From the human T2T-CHM13v2.0 reference genome, Homo sapiens: a stretch of 64,000 nt of DNA. Position numbers and translations under genes: made by a program. The stretch lies in assembly GCF_009914755.1 (NCBI RefSeq), contig NC_060947.1, one strand, 5' to 3'. This document shows positions 35,043 to 49,964 of this stretch, one piece after another. The notes under the pieces are model-generated. The model saw only the letters and a program-made list of their open reading frames with translations. It searched no databases and had not been told where the DNA came from. Every line of letters starts with the position of its first letter. The first letter of the stretch is position 1.

Positions 35043-37613
35043 TAATTAGGAGTTGATTAAAGCACCTGCCCTAGGACTCTTGGAGATAAATAGGATTTTC
35101 TGACCTGTTACTTTATTTTAAAATTAATGTTGCCTTTGGGGCTCTCAGTGCTAAATAGTGAAAACTCAACAAAGATAGTAGTCCCTGCTTTGGGCTGGAA
35201 AACATCACAAGGGAAATTAGAAAACACCTTGAGATGAATGAAAATGAAAATACAACATATCAAAATTTATGGAACGCAGTGAAAGCAGTGCTAAAAGTGA
35301 TATTCATGGCTATAAATGTTTACATTGAGAAAGAAGTTCTTAAATCAACAACCTAACTTCACACCTTAAGGAATTAAAAAATAACAAGCTAAACCCAAAG
35401 CTAGCAGAGGAAAGAGACCAATAAAGATTGGAACAGAGATAAATAAAAATAGTGAATAGAAAATAAAATAAATAAAATAGAATAAAATAGAGAACAGCAA
35501 TGAATCCAAGAGATGTCTCTTTGAAAAGATCAACAAAATTGACAGAGTTTATAGCTAGATCGACTAAGCAAAAAAAAGAGAAGCCTCAAGTAACTAAAAT
35601 CAGAAATGAAAGCACAGACATTACCAAAAATGTTAAAGGAATAAAAAGATTATAAGGGAGTACAATGAAGAATGGCATGTTAACAAATGTGGTAACCTAG
35701 ATAAAATGGACAAATTTGTAGAAACATACAGCCTACCAATATTGAATTATGAAGAAATAGACAATGCCAATACACCTATAACTAGTAAGGTGATGAAATC
35801 AGTAATCAAAATAATTTAAAGGAAGAAAAGCCAAGATCCAATGGGTTCACCTCTAATTTCCACAAAACATTTAAGAGTAATTAACATCAATTTGTTTCAA
35901 ACTCTTAAAAAATTAAAGAAAAGAGAATATTTCCTAACTTACTCTATGAAGCCAGCATTACCCTGATATCAAGCTAGAAAGAGACACTGCAAGAGAACTA
36001 CAGACCAATATACCTTATGAATATTGATGCAAATATCCTCAGCAAAATACTAGCAAATAGAATTCAATAGCATATTAAAAGGGTTATATGCCTTGAGTAA
36101 GTGGGATTTATTCCTCAAATGCATTGATGGGTCAACATTAAAAAAATCAATCAATATTATACACCACATTAACAGCATGAAGGGGAAAACCACATGACCA
36201 TCTCAAGTTACACAGAAAGAGCATTTTACAAAATTCAACACCTTTTTGTGATTTTTAAAAAGAACTCAATAAACTAAAAATAGAAGAAAACTACCTCAAC
36301 ATAATAAGGCCATATATGAAAAACCTACAGCTAACATCATGCTTAATGGTAAAAGACTGAAAGCTTTTACTCAATGATCAGAACAAGACAAGGATGTCAG
36401 CTTTTTGGCACCTCTATTGAACATAGTATTAGAATGCCTAGACAGACAGCAATTAGGCAAGAAAAATAAATAAAAAGAATCTAAATTGAAAAAGAAAAAG
36501 TAACATTATCTCTCTTTACAGACAATATGATCTTCTATATGGAAAATGCTGAAGATTTTATTTTAAAAACTATTAGAACTAATAAATCAATTTGGGAAAT
36601 TGTCAGGCTGTAAAATCAACATACAATAATCAGTTGTAGTTCTATACACCGACAACAAGCAATCTGAAAAGGAAATGAAGAAAACGATTTCATTTAAAAT
36701 AGTGTCAAAAAGAATAAAATACTTAGGAATAAACTTAACCAAGGAGACAAATAAATGTGTACTGAAAAGTATAAAACATTGCTGAAAGAGATTAAAGACA
36801 CAAATAAATGGAAATATGGAAATACATCTCATGCTCTTAGATTGAAAGACTTAACATATTTATGATGTCACTACCCAAAGTGATCTACAGATTCAGTGCA
36901 ATCCTTATCAAAACCCCAGTGACTTTTGTTGCAGAAATAGGAAAATCCATCCTAAAATTTATATGGAATCTCAAGGGACCCCAGATGAGTGAAACAATCA
37001 TGAAACAGAGCAAAGTTGGAGAACTCACACTTCTTAATTTCAAAACATACTACGAAGCTTACAGTAATCAAAATATTGTGGCGCTGTCATAATGACAGAC
37101 ACATATACCAATGGAGTAGAAGAGAGCCCAGAAATAAACCCTCATTAGATGGTACCTTTTTGTACCCTTTTGACAAGGGCACAAAGTCCATTCAATAGGG
37201 AAAGAGCAATCTTTCCAACAAATGGTGGCTGGGAAAACTGGATATCCACATGCAAAGGAATGATGTTGGGCCTTTACCTTACACCATATACATAAATTAA
37301 CTTAAAACAGATAAAACACCTAACCATAATAACTAAAACTATAAAACTCTTAGAAGAAAACATAGGGGAAAATCTTCGTGACATTGGATTTGGCAATGAT
37401 TTATTGTATATGACATCAAAAGCATAGGCAACAAAAAAATGGATAAGTTGGATGTCATTAAAATTAAAAACCTTTATGTATCAAAAGACAATATCAGAGT
37501 GAAAAGGCATCCTACAGAATGAGAGAAAGTATTTGCAAATCCTATATCTGGTAAGGGATTGATATCCAGAATTGTAAACTCAACAACAACCACAAAATTC
37601 GATTATAAAATTA

Positions 37614-38015
<402 letters not shown>

Positions 38016-39777
38016 TCACTAGTCATTGGAGAAAGGCAAATCAAAACAACAAATGAGATACCACCTTACACCAGTAGGATGGCCATTTTACAAACCACAC
38101 ACACACACAAACACACAAAAAATAACAAGTGTTAGCCAGGATGTGGAGAAATAGGAACTCATGTGCATTGCTGGTGGGAATGTAAAATGGTACAGCTGCT
38201 ATGGAAAATGGTATGATAATTCCTTTAAAAATTAAAAATAGAATTACCATATGATCTAGCAGTTCTACTTCTGGGTATATACCCAAAGAAATTGAAAGCA
38301 GGGACTTCAGTAGATATTTACACATCCATGTTCCTTGCAGCATTATTCACAATAGCTAAAAGTTAGAAGCATCCCAAGTGTGCACCAACAGATGAATAAA
38401 GAAAATGTATATGTTACTCATCCTTTGAAAGGATGGAAATTCTGACATATTCTACAGGAATGGATGAACTTTGAAGACATTATGCTACGTGTAATAAGCC
38501 AGACACCAAAGGACAAATATTGTATGATTCCATTTGTATAAAGTACTTAGAGTACTCAAATCCATACAATCAGAAAGTAGAATGGTGGTTTCCAGGAGCT
38601 GAGAGGAGGGGAGAATGGGGAATTGTTGGTTAATGGGTATACAGTTTCAGTTGGGGAAGATGAAACATTTCTGGAGAGAGTGATGATGATTGCACAACAA
38701 TGTGAATGTAGGCCTGAGGGAGGATTAAGATGGCAGATAGGAGGCAGGACTAGCTTGCAGCTCCCACTCAGACAGACAGAGCAGTGTATAGAGACTCTCA
38801 TCATGAACTTTTGCTCCAAGAACTACCACAGGAACATACCAGGGAAGCCGAGAGAATCCACAGACCCTTTGAAGGAACTGGATCACCACTGCAGGTTCCC
38901 TGAGATGTCAAAAACCTGTGTCTGTTTGCTTTCTCAGCCAGTGGGGAGGCTTGTGGTCTGGGGTAAGTTCTCAGCCCTGATCATTGGCTGCCTAGAAATA
39001 GACTTGGTGCTGTTGTGGGGGTATGGTGGAAGTGAGACCGGCCTTTAGGACTGTGGGCTCTGTGGGAAAGGGGTGAGGCCTGTGACTGCCAGCTTTCCAC
39101 CACTTCCCTGGTGACCTGTGTGACTTATCAGAGGCAGTCATAATCCCCCTGGGTATATAACTCCACTGGACTGGGAACAACACCCCCATCCCCCACAGCA
39201 GCCACAGCAAACACTGCATAAGGAGAGGCGGAGCTCAGACATGCTTATCCCTATCCCCAACTAGTGGTCTTTCTCTACCTGCCCCCGGGAAGACAAATGT
39301 CATAATCTCTTGGGAGCTCTATTGCCCTTCCTACCTCCTGAGAAACCTGAATACTTAATCAGGTGTCTTTGCATCCTCCTTGTAGGGCCACAGTTGATGC
39401 ACTCCTGAAAGGGTTACCTCCTGGCTGGGGGCCAACCAACACAAAACCAGCCCACTACACAAAAACACAACCAAAGACCCTCACAGAGTCCATTTTACTC
39501 CCCTGCTACCTCCACCAGAGCAGCTGCTGGTATGCAGGACTGCAAGACCTGAAGACAGATTACATCACAGGACTCTTTGCAGAAACTCCCCAGTACCAGT
39601 CTGGAGCCCAATAGCTCCACTGGGTGGCTAGACCCAGAAGAGCAAAAACAAATCACTACAGCTTAGCTCTCAGGAAGCCTCTTTCCTAGAGGAAGGGGAA
39701 AATAACACATTAAGGGAGCACCCATGAGACAAAACAATCTGAACAGCAGCCATTGAAACCTAGATATTCCTTCTGAC

Positions 39778-40780
39778 ATGAGAAGGAACCAGAAAAACAA
39801 TTCTGGTAATACGACAAAACAAGGTTCTTTAACACCCCCCAAAGATCATACCAGCTCACCAGCAATGGATCCAAACCAAGATGAAATCTCTGCAGTGCCA
39901 GAAAAAGAATTCAGAAGGTCAATTACTAAGCTAATCAAGGAGGCACTAGAGAAAGGTAAAGTCCAACTTAAAGATATCAGAAACATGATATAGGATATGA
40001 ACGGAAAATTCTTCAGTGAAGTAGATAGCATGAATAAAAAAAATCACAACCGCAGGAAATCAAGGACACACTTAGAGAAATGCAAAATGCACTGGAAAGT
40101 CTCAGTAATAGAATCAAACAAGCAGAAGAGAGAACTTCAGATCTCGAAGACAAAGCTTTCAAATTAACCCAATCCATCAAAGAAAAAGAAAAAAGAATTT
40201 TTAAAAATGAACAAAGCCTCCAAGAAGTTTGAGACTATGTTAAACATCCAAAGCTAAGAATAATTGGTGCTCCCGAGGAAGAAGAGAAATCTAAAAGTTT
40301 GGAAAACATATTTGAGGGAACAATTGAGGAAAACTTCCCCAGTCTTGCTAGAGATCTAGACATCCAAATACAAGAAGCTCAAAGAACACCTGGGAAATTC
40401 ATCACAAAAAGATCACCACCTAGGCACATAGCCATCAGGTTATCTAAAGTCAAGACAAAGAAAAGAATCTTCAGAGCTGTGAGGCAAAAGCATCGGGTAA
40501 CTTACAAAGGAAAACCTATCAGATTAACAGCAGATTTCTCAGCAGAAACCCTATAAGCTAGAAGGGTTTGGCGACATATTTTTAGCCTCCTTCAACAAAA
40601 CAATTATCAGCCAAGAATTTTGTATCCAGAGCAACTAAGCTTCATAAATGAAGGAAAGACACAGTCTTTTCCAGACAAACAAATGCTAAGAGAATTCGCC
40701 ACTACTAAGCCAGCACTAAAAGAAATGCTGAAACGATCTCTAAATCTTTAAACAAATCCTCAAAATACAACAAAATAGAA
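39778..40780 (+). pseudogene. Disrupted L1 ORF1
   Basis: MRRNQKNNSGN...EKEFRRSI and IEENFPSLARDLDIQIQEAQRTP...VTYKGKPIRLTADFSAETL, broken by stops and frameshifts. Confidence 0.92.
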
Positions 40781-41101
40781 CCTCCTTAAAGCATAAATCT
40801 CACAGGACCTATGTAACAATAATACCATGAAAAAAAACAAAAACAAGTTGTTCAGGCAACAAATAACACAATGAATAGAATAATATCACACATCTCAATA
40901 CTAACATTGAAAATAGATGACCTGAATGCTCCACTTGAAAGATACAGAATGGCAGAATAGATATGAATTCAACAACCAAGTTTCTGCTGTCTTCAGGAGA
41001 CTCACCTAACACATAAGGATTCACATAAACTTAAGGTAAAGGGGTAGAAAAAGATATTCCATGCAAACGGACACCAGAAGTGAGCAGGAGTAGCTATTCT
41101 T

Positions 41102-42710
41102 TTTATATATATATATATACTTTAAGTTCTGGGGTACATGTGCACAATGTGCAGGTTTGTTACATAGGTATACATGTGCTGTGTTGGTTTACTGCACCCA
41201 TCAACTCAGCATTTACATTAGGTATTTCTCCTAATGCTATCCCTCCCCCAGGCCCCCACTCACTGACAGGCCCCAGTGTGTGATGTTCCCCTCTCTGTGT
41301 CCATGTGTTCTCATTGTTCAACTCCCACTTATGAGTGAGAACACACGGTGTTTGGTTTTCTCATCTTGTGTTACATTGCTGAGAATGTTGGTTTCCAGTT
41401 TCATCCATGTCCCTGCAAAGGACATGAACTCATCCTTTTTTATGGCTGCATAGTATTCCATGGTGTATATGTACCACATTTTCTTTATCCAGTCTCTCAT
41501 TGATGGGCATTTGAGTTGGTTCCAAGACTTTGCTGTTGTGAACAGTGCTGCAATAAACATACGTGTGCATGTGTCTTTATAGCAGCATGATTTATAATCC
41601 TTTGGGTATATACCCAGTAATGGGATTGCTGGGCCAAATGCTATTTCTAGTTCTAGATCCTTGAGGAATCTCCATACTGTCTTCCACAGTGGTTGAACTA
41701 ATTTACACTCCCACCAACAGTGTAAAAGTGTTCCTATTTCTCCACATCCTCTCCAGCACCTGTTGTTTCCTGACTTTTTAATGATTGCCATTCTAACAGG
41801 CATGAGATAGTATCTCATTGTGGTTTTGATCTGCATTTCTCTAATGACCAGTGATGATGAGCATTTTTTCATAAGTTTGTTAGCTGCATAAATGTCTTCT
41901 TTTGAGAAGGGTCTGTTCATATCCTTCACCCATTTTTTTGATGGGGTTGTTTGTTTTTTTCTTGTAAATGTGTTTAAATTCTTTGTAGATTCTGGATATT
42001 AGCCCTTTGTCAGATGGATAGATTGTAAAAATTTTCTCCCAATCTGTAGGTTGCCTGTTCACTCTGATTATAGTTTCTTTTGCTGTGCAGAAACTCTTTA
42101 GTTTAATTAGATCCCACTTGTCTATTTTGGCTTTTGTTGCTGTTGCTTTTTGTGTTTTACTCATGAAGTCTTTGCCCATGCCTATGTCCTGAATGGTATT
42201 GCCTAGGTTTTCTTCTAGGGTTTTTATGGTGTTAGGTCTTACATTTAAGTCTTTAATCCATCTTGAGTTAGTTTTTGTATATGATGTAAGGAAGGGATCC
42301 AGTTTCAGCTTTCTGCATATGGCTAGCCAGTTTTCCCAGCACCATTTATTAAATAGGAAATCATTTCCCCATTGCTTGTTTTTGTCAGGTTTGTCAAAGA
42401 TCAGATGGTTGTAGATGTGTGGTGTTATTTCTGAGGCCTCTGTTCTGTTCCATTTGTCTATATCTCTGTGTTGGTACAGGACCATGCTGTTTTGGTTACT
42501 GTAGCCTTGTAGTATAGTTTGAAGTAAGGTAGAGTGATGCCTCCAGCTTTGTTCTTTTTGCTTAGGATTGTCTTGGCTATGTGGGCTCTTTTTGTGTTCC
42601 ATATGAAATTTAAAGTAGTTCTTTCCAATTCTGTGAAGAAAGTCAGTGGTGGCTTGATAGGGATAGCATTGAATCTATAAATTACTTTGGGCAGTTTGGC
42701 CATTTTCACA
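41102..42710 (-). mobile_element. 5'-truncated L1PA7-type LINE-1 nested antisense
   Basis: L1PA 3'UTR (tttaagttctggggtacatgtgcac); ORF 41318-41929 carries the [18 protein letters not shown] zinc knuckle; TSD attctt at 41096-41101 and 42711-42716. Confidence 0.95.
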
Positions 42711-45700
42711 ATTCTTATATCAGACAAAACAAACTTTAAAGCAAAGCAGTTAAAAAAGGCAAGGAGGGACATTATATAATAATAAAAGGACTAGTCCAAC
42801 AGAAAAAATCACAATTCTAAATATATATGCACCTAAAACTGGAGCTCCCAAATTTATTAAACAACTACTAGACTTAAAAATTAGATAGACAGCAACAAAA
42901 TAATTGTGGGGGACTTTAATACTCCACTGATGGCACTAGATAGGTCATCAAAACAGAAAGTCAACAAAGAAACAATGAACCTAAACTGTACCCTACAACA
43001 AATGGACTTAACAGATATTTACAGAACATTCTACCCAACAACTTCAGAATATACATTCTATTCATTAGCACATGGAACATTCTCCAAGACAGACCATATG
43101 ATAGGCCACAAAACGTGTATCAGTAAATTTAAGAAAATCGAAATTATATCAAGTACTCTCTTAAACCATAGTGGAATAAAGTTGGAAATCAACTCCAAAA
43201 GGAACCCTCAAAACCATGCAAATACATGGAAATTAAATAATGTAGTCCTGAATGATCCTTGGGTCAACAATGAAATTCATATGGAAATTAAAATAATTAT
43301 TTGAACTGAACAATAATAATGACACAACCTATGAAAACCTCTGGAATACAGCAAAAAGCAGTGCTAAGAAGAAAGTTAGTAGCATTAAATGCCTACATCA
43401 AAAAGTCTGAAAGAGCACAAATCTAAGATCACACCTCACAGAACTAGAGAAACAAGAACAACCCAAACCTAAACCCAGCAGAAGCAAAGAAATAACGAAG
43501 ATCAGAGCAGAACTAAATGAAATTGAAACAAAAAAATACAAAAGATAAATGAAACAAAAAGCTGGTTATTTGAAAAGATAAATAAAATTGATAGACCATT
43601 AGCAAGATTAACCAAGAAAATAAGAGAGAAGATCCAAATAAACACAATTAGAAACAAAACGGGAGATATTACAACCAACACCACAGAAATACCAAAGATC
43701 ATTCAAGGCTACTATGAGCACCTATAAGTGCATAAACTAGAAAACCTAGAGGAAATGGATAAATTCCTGGAAATATACAACCCTCCTAGATTAAACCAGG
43801 AAGATACAGAATCTCCAAACAGATCAATAACAAGCAGCGAGATTCAAATGGTAATTTAAAAATTGCCAACAACAAAAAATGTCCAGGACCCAACGGATTC
43901 ACAGGTGAATTCTATCAGACATTCAAAGAAGAATTGGTACCAATCCTATTCATACTATTCCACAAGATAGAAAAAGAGGGAATCCTCCCTAAATCATTTT
44001 ATAAAGCCAGACTAATACCTTAATACCAAAACCAGGAAAGGATATAACAAAAAAAAAAAAAAGAAAACTACAGACCAATATCCCGAAAGTAGGACATAGA
44101 TGCAAAAGTCCTCAACAAAATACTAGCAAACCAAATCCAACAGCATATCAAAAAGATAATCCACCATGATCAAGTGAGTTTCATATGAGGGATGCACAGA
44201 TAGTTTAATATATTTAACTCAATAAATGTGATACACCACATAAACAGAATGTAAAACAAAAAATCACATGATCATCTCAATAGATGCAGAAAAAGCATTT
44301 AACAAAATCCAGCATTCCTTTATGATTAAAACCCTCAGCAAATTTGCATAGAAGGGACATACCTTAAGGTAATAAAAGCCATCTACAACAAACACATAGC
44401 CAATATTATACTGAATGGGGAAAAGCTGAAACATTCCCCCTGATAACTGGAACAAGATAAGGCTGCCCACTTTCACCACTTCTATTCAACATAGTACTGG
44501 AAGTCCTAGCCAGAGCAATCAGACAAGAGAAAGAAATAAAGGGCATCCAAATTGGTAAAGAGGAAGTCAAGCTGTCCCTATTTGCTGATGATATGATTGT
44601 ATACCTAGAAAACTCTGAAGACTCTTCCAAAAAGCTCCTAGAACTGGGAAATGAATTCGGCAAAGTTTTAGGATACAAAATTAATGTACACAAATCAGTA
44701 TCTCTGCTATACACCAACAGTGACCAAGCTGAGAGCAAATAAAGAACTCAACCCCCTTCCCAATAGCTGTAAAAATAAATAAATAAAATATTTAGGAATA
44801 TACCTAACCAAGGAAGTGAAAGACCTCTACAAGGAAAACTACAAAACACTGCTGAAAGAAATCATGGGCAACACAAACAAATGGAAACACTTCTCATGCT
44901 CATGGATAGGTAGAGTCAGTATTGTGAAAATGACCATACTGCCAAAAGCAGTGGACAAATTCAGTGCAATTCCCATCAAATTACCAGCATCATTCTTCAC
45001 AGAACTAGAAAAAATATCCTAAAATTAATATGGAAGCAAAAAAGAGCCCACATAGCCAAAGCAAGACTAAGAAAACAGAACAAATCTGGAGGCATCACAT
45101 TACCTGACTTCAAACTATACTACACAGCCATAGTCATCAAAACAGTATCGTAGTGGTATAAAAATAGGCACATAGGTGAATGAAACAGAATAGAGAACCC
45201 AGAAATAAAGCCAAACACTTAGAGCCAACTTATCTTTGACAAAGCAAACAAAACCATAAAGTGAGGAAAGGACACTCTATGTACAAAAAATGGTGTTGGG
45301 ATAATTGGCAAGCCACATGTAGAAGAATGAAACTGGATTCTCATCTCACGCCTTGTACAAAAATTAACTAAAGATGGATCAAAGACTTAAATCTAAGACC
45401 TGAAACCATGAAGATTCTAGAAGATTACATTTAAAAAAAAAAACTCTTCTAGACATTGGCTTAGGCAAAGACTTCATGACCAAGAACCGAAAAGCAAATG
45501 CAACAAAAACAAAGATAAATAGATGGGACTTAACTCAACTAAAAAGCTTCTGCACAGCAAAATAAATAATCAGCAGAGTTAACAGACAACCCACAGAGTG
45601 GGAGAAAATCTTCACAATCTATACATCTGACAAAGGACTAATGTCCAGAATCTACAAAGAACTCAAACAAATCAGCGAGAAAAAAACAAACAATCCCATC

Positions 45701-46163
45701 AAAAAGTGGGCTAAGGACACGAATAGACGATTCTCAAAAGAAGATACACAAATGGCCAACAAGCATATGGAAAAATGCTCAACATCACTAATTATCAGGG
45801 AAATATAAATCAAAACCACAATGCAATACCACCTCACTCCTGCAAGAATGGCCATAATAAAAAATAAAGAAATAATAGATGCTGGTGTGGATGCAGTGAA
45901 AAGAGAACACTTTTACACTGTTGGTGGGAATGTGAACTAGTACAACCACTGTGGAAAACAGTGTGAAGATTCCTTAAAGAAGTAAAAGTACATCTACCAT
46001 TTGATCCAGCAATCCCACTACTAGGTATCTATCCAGAGGAAAAGAAGTCACTATATGAAAAAGATACTTTCATACACATGTTTATAGCAGCACAATTTGC
46101 AATTGCATACATATGGAAGCAGCCGAAATGCCCATCAATCAATGAGTGGATAAAGAAAATGTG

Positions 46164-46282
46164 ATATGTGTATATATACATATATATGTATATAATATAT
46201 ATGTGTGTGTGTGTGTATATATATACATATATATGTGTATATATATATACATATATATATGTGTATATATATATACACACAC
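46164..46282. repeat. (TA)n/(TG)n microsatellite expansion inside L1PB ORF2
   Basis: Read directly; lies between aagaaaatgtg and accatggaatac. Confidence 0.95.
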
Positions 46283-46899
46283 CATGGAATACTACTCAGC
46301 CATAAAAAGGAATGAAATAATGGCATTCACAGCAACCTGGATGGAACTGGAGACTATTATTCTAAGTGAAGTAACTCAGGAGTGGAAAACCAAACATCGT
46401 ATGTTCTTACTCATATGTGGGAACTAAGCTATGAGGACACAAAGGCATAAGATACATTTGGCTTTGGGGACTTGGGGGAAAGGGTGGGAGGGGGTGAGGG
46501 ATAAAAGACTAGTCACTGGGTAGAGTGTACACTGCTCGGGTGATGGGTGCACAAAAATATCGGAAATCACCACTAAAGAATTTATTCAGGTAAACAAAAA
46601 CCACCTGTTCCCCAAAAACGTATTGAAATTAAATTTAAAAAAGTGAATGTATTTATTGCCACAGATTTGTACAAGCAAAAATGATTAAAATGGTAAATTT
46701 ATTTTATGTATATTTTACCACAATGAAAAAAGAATTTGTTAGAAATCCAAATTGAAATTTTAGTATAAGGGAAAAATAATAATTTAACAAAAAAAAAGCA
46801 ATTAAAAATTGAAGCCTGTTTTGTGGTAGAACTAAACCAATATGGAAGTCAGCTAGATACATCTGTTAATAAAAGTTGGGTTGATAAGGTAAATAAAAA

Positions 46900-47035
46900 G
46901 CAATAATAGGAGCAAACACTTAGTAAGCACTTGCTGTGTTCCAAGTACTTTACAAACATTATTTAATTTTCACAACCACCTGTGGGGAAGCTACTGTTAT
47001 TATCCCCAATATACAGATGAGGAAAGTGAGGCTCT
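46900..47035 (-). mobile_element. MIR SINE
   Basis: aagcacttgctgtgttccaagtact...atttaattttcacaaccacc...acagatgaggaaagtgaggctc. Confidence 0.85.
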
Positions 47036-47082
47036 CTGTTGAGACCAGGAAGTTCACTGTGTTGCCTCTAAAACACAGTCTC

Positions 47083-47409
<327 letters not shown>

Positions 47410-47536
47410 CTACCTTTGAGCAGATCACAATCAACAAAGAGAAGCCTATAGGCAATGATAAAACTCTACAACATCATACATATTGCAAGGAATGTAGGTA
47501 TGAAATGCTACAATAGAACAGACGAAGATGCAATTT

Positions 47537-48495
47537 CAGTTGACCCTGGAACCATATGGGAGTTAGGGTTGCCAAGCCCCCACACAGTAAAAATCAGTAT
47601 ATAACTTTTCAGTCCCCCAAAACTTAACTACTAATAGCCCGCCATTGACCAGAAGCAGTACTGAGAACATAAACAGTCAATCAACGTGTATTTTGTATGT
47701 TATATGCATTATATACTGTATTCTCACAATAAAGTACAATAAAGTATGCCAGGAAAAATACAATATTATCAAGAAAGTCATGAGGAAGAGAAAATACATT
47801 TACTATACCATACTGCATTTATCAATACCGTAAGCTTGCATCATCTGTTTAAAAGATGAATCGTCTGTCTGAAATAGTGGGCCACTGCAGCTGCAGACCT
47901 CAATCTACAGTACATATCAAGCAATCAACTTTTTCTTGTAGTGTCTTGACTTTTCTCTGCTTCTTGGGAGCACTTCCAGCATGACTAATGGCACTTCGTG
48001 TGGATCTCCTGGTGTTATTCAAGGTTTACAGCATTGCACTATATGTGATGAAAAACATGTAAGAACAACAAGGATCACTTTTTACTGTGATCTGCAATTA
48101 ACTGGAGAGAGGATCTGCTTACTTGAAGATGATTAGCATCACATGGCATTTTAAGGAACACTCATAATACTTGAGCTCACTACAAGAACAACAGGAGGTT
48201 GGCTACAAAATATTACAGCAGTACAGTGTGTACTACAATTAATTTTATGCAGTCATGATTTAATACTGCATCATTACATCTGCTTACATTTCTCTCAACT
48301 GTGAATGGTGCCATGTATGGTCTGTTTGTGCATAAGTTTTGATAAATTTTAACTTTTTATAATAGATTTGTGTATTTTTATGGGAGTAAATGATAAAATA
48401 TATGAGTATCTACATATATTTTATGCATTCATAACATATCTTTTTGGTTTTTTTTTAAATATTTCTAGGCAACATGGTTCATCTCCGAGTTTTCT
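47537..48495 (-). mobile_element. Tigger2-family (Tigger2b-like) internally deleted DNA transposon
   Basis: TIR cagttgaccct at 47537; the minus strand at about 47860-48010 encodes the transposase N-terminus (AGSAPKKQRKVKTLQEKV); second TIR not found. Confidence 0.88.
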
Positions 48496-48789
48496 TGCCC
48501 GTGTTCACTGAGGAGAAATTTTGTGTAGAAGAGTGGTAGAGTTGATGTATGAGAATTATTGGGAATGTGTAGTGAGAAGGAAGGACAGGACTGAAAAGAT
48601 CTAGAAAGCTTAAGAGAAGGGCTGCTTAGTTCAACTCAACAATTGTTAAAGATCCGATTTCCATATTTGCCACCAGAATTTTCACATGACACTCCCTTTG
48701 AGAGACTACATTAATTGTGGAGTTTATTTGGCTTTAAGATTCCAAGAAGATTAAAGCCAAAGATTAAACTACTCTATTTATGTTGGCCA

Positions 48790-48900
48790 AATAGATGGGT
48801 GGGTGGATGGATGAAGGGATGTTGAATGTATGGATCATAGATGAATGAATGGATAGTTGAAGGGATGTTGGATGGATGGATGGAGCTAGATGGAAGGATG
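48790..48900. repeat. Degenerate (TGGA)n tract
   Basis: Read directly from the sequence. Confidence 0.8.
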
Positions 48901-49309
48901 GCTAGACTATTGCTAGACTGAGAAAAAGGAAAAAAATCTGAGCTTCATCTGCTTGTTTCCTGATTGTTTTTGAAGTTCAGGTAGACCTGCCTCAAGACGT
49001 CATGAAATACTTCCTGGTTATTTTCCACTTCTTTAATTACGTTTTAAATGTACCTAACAGTGATACAAATGCTGCATTTAGCTTAGTTTTAATACATTTG
49101 AATGATGTTAATTCTCACTGTGAAAGTTTAAGCTACATTACAAGTCGGTTTGTAGTCAGCTGTACTAGTAACTGTCTTAGAATTTGGCAACTGGTGAACA
49201 ACTAACTCCACAGAACCCACCTTTACCCTTGTCCCAACCAAATTGCAGCATGAACTAGTGATGTGGTCAAAGCCAGTTGTTTGAAATGACTGATTCAGTG
49301 GAAACAAGA

Positions 49310-49640
49310 CATTTCACTCATTAGCATATATATGCAAAACATATAAATTGATTACCTACTGCAAGACATTTGTCTCACATAGCTCCTATGTTTGGGGAGG
49401 TCACAGTCTAGTGAAATAGATATGTGGAACAAGGAACTAGAATACAGTAAGTGAGGACTAGATTGGAAGTAGGTAGAGAGAGCTAGGCAAGTCTAGAGCA
49501 AGGGGTGATGAGCTAGAGAGGGTCAGAGAAGGCTTTGTATGGGAAAGAGGTACTGGGAATCCCTGGAAACCAACCCTAAAAGATTAGGCATCCTCCTGTA
49601 GAGAAAAGGAAACAAATGAAGGGATTCTTTGAGCAGAAAA
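49310..49640 (-). mobile_element. L2 3' fragment
   Basis: attgattacctact...ggaggtcacagtctagtg...gggtcagagaaggcttt. Confidence 0.6.
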
Positions 49641-49964
49641 CAGAAGCAACATATATTTTAACACTTTCTGGTTGATGCTGGCCCATCATCATGCTTAGTG
49701 ACTGTAGTGACTAAATGTCTATGGTTAAATCAGTTCTGATTTCCAGACATTTGGTGAACAAAATCAGAGGTGGGAGCAGCTTTTCCTTTATTGTTATTTG
49801 TTTGATTGTGTACTTGTTGTTTCTTTTTGCCTCCAATACAATTAATGTCTTCATCTTTCTCAGCCTACTTTGACTTTTCAGCAGCGGACAGAACATTGTC
49901 TTATTTAGGGGTTACTATCGCAACCTCATTTTCAACTTTTGCCCTCTCTTCTTCTCAGGTGCAA

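Larger units (their letters stand above)
40871..46427 (+). pseudogene. Disrupted L1 ORF2 (EN-RT-Cys), EN domain interrupted by L1PA
   Basis: GDFNTPL and HGTFSKTDHMIGHK (EN); tttgctgatgatatg = FADDM (RT, about 44581); MEYYSAIKRNE (C-terminus). Confidence 0.92.
38711..46642 (+). mobile_element. Full-length L1PB1-type LINE-1 (inactive)
   Basis: 5'UTR aagatggcagataggaggcaggactagcttgcagctccc, ORF1, ORF2, L1PB 3'UTR (ctaagctatgaggac...aaatcaccactaaagaa); TSD core gtgaatgta at 38702-38710 and 46643-46651. Confidence 0.95.

Noticed and set aside
35445-35492. SCA37-type (ATTTT/ATTTC)n repeat
   Set aside because: It is a short AAAAT/AAATAG run inside L1 ORF2, not in an AluJb tail, and has no ATTTC units.
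41318-42772. 203-aa and 240-aa ORFs as a protein-coding gene
   Set aside because: They are frameshifted ORF2 C-terminal pieces of a 5'-truncated L1PA with no promoter.
38711-46642. Active LINE-1
   Set aside because: Both ORFs have many stops and frameshifts, the EN domain is interrupted and the 5'UTR is CpG-depleted.
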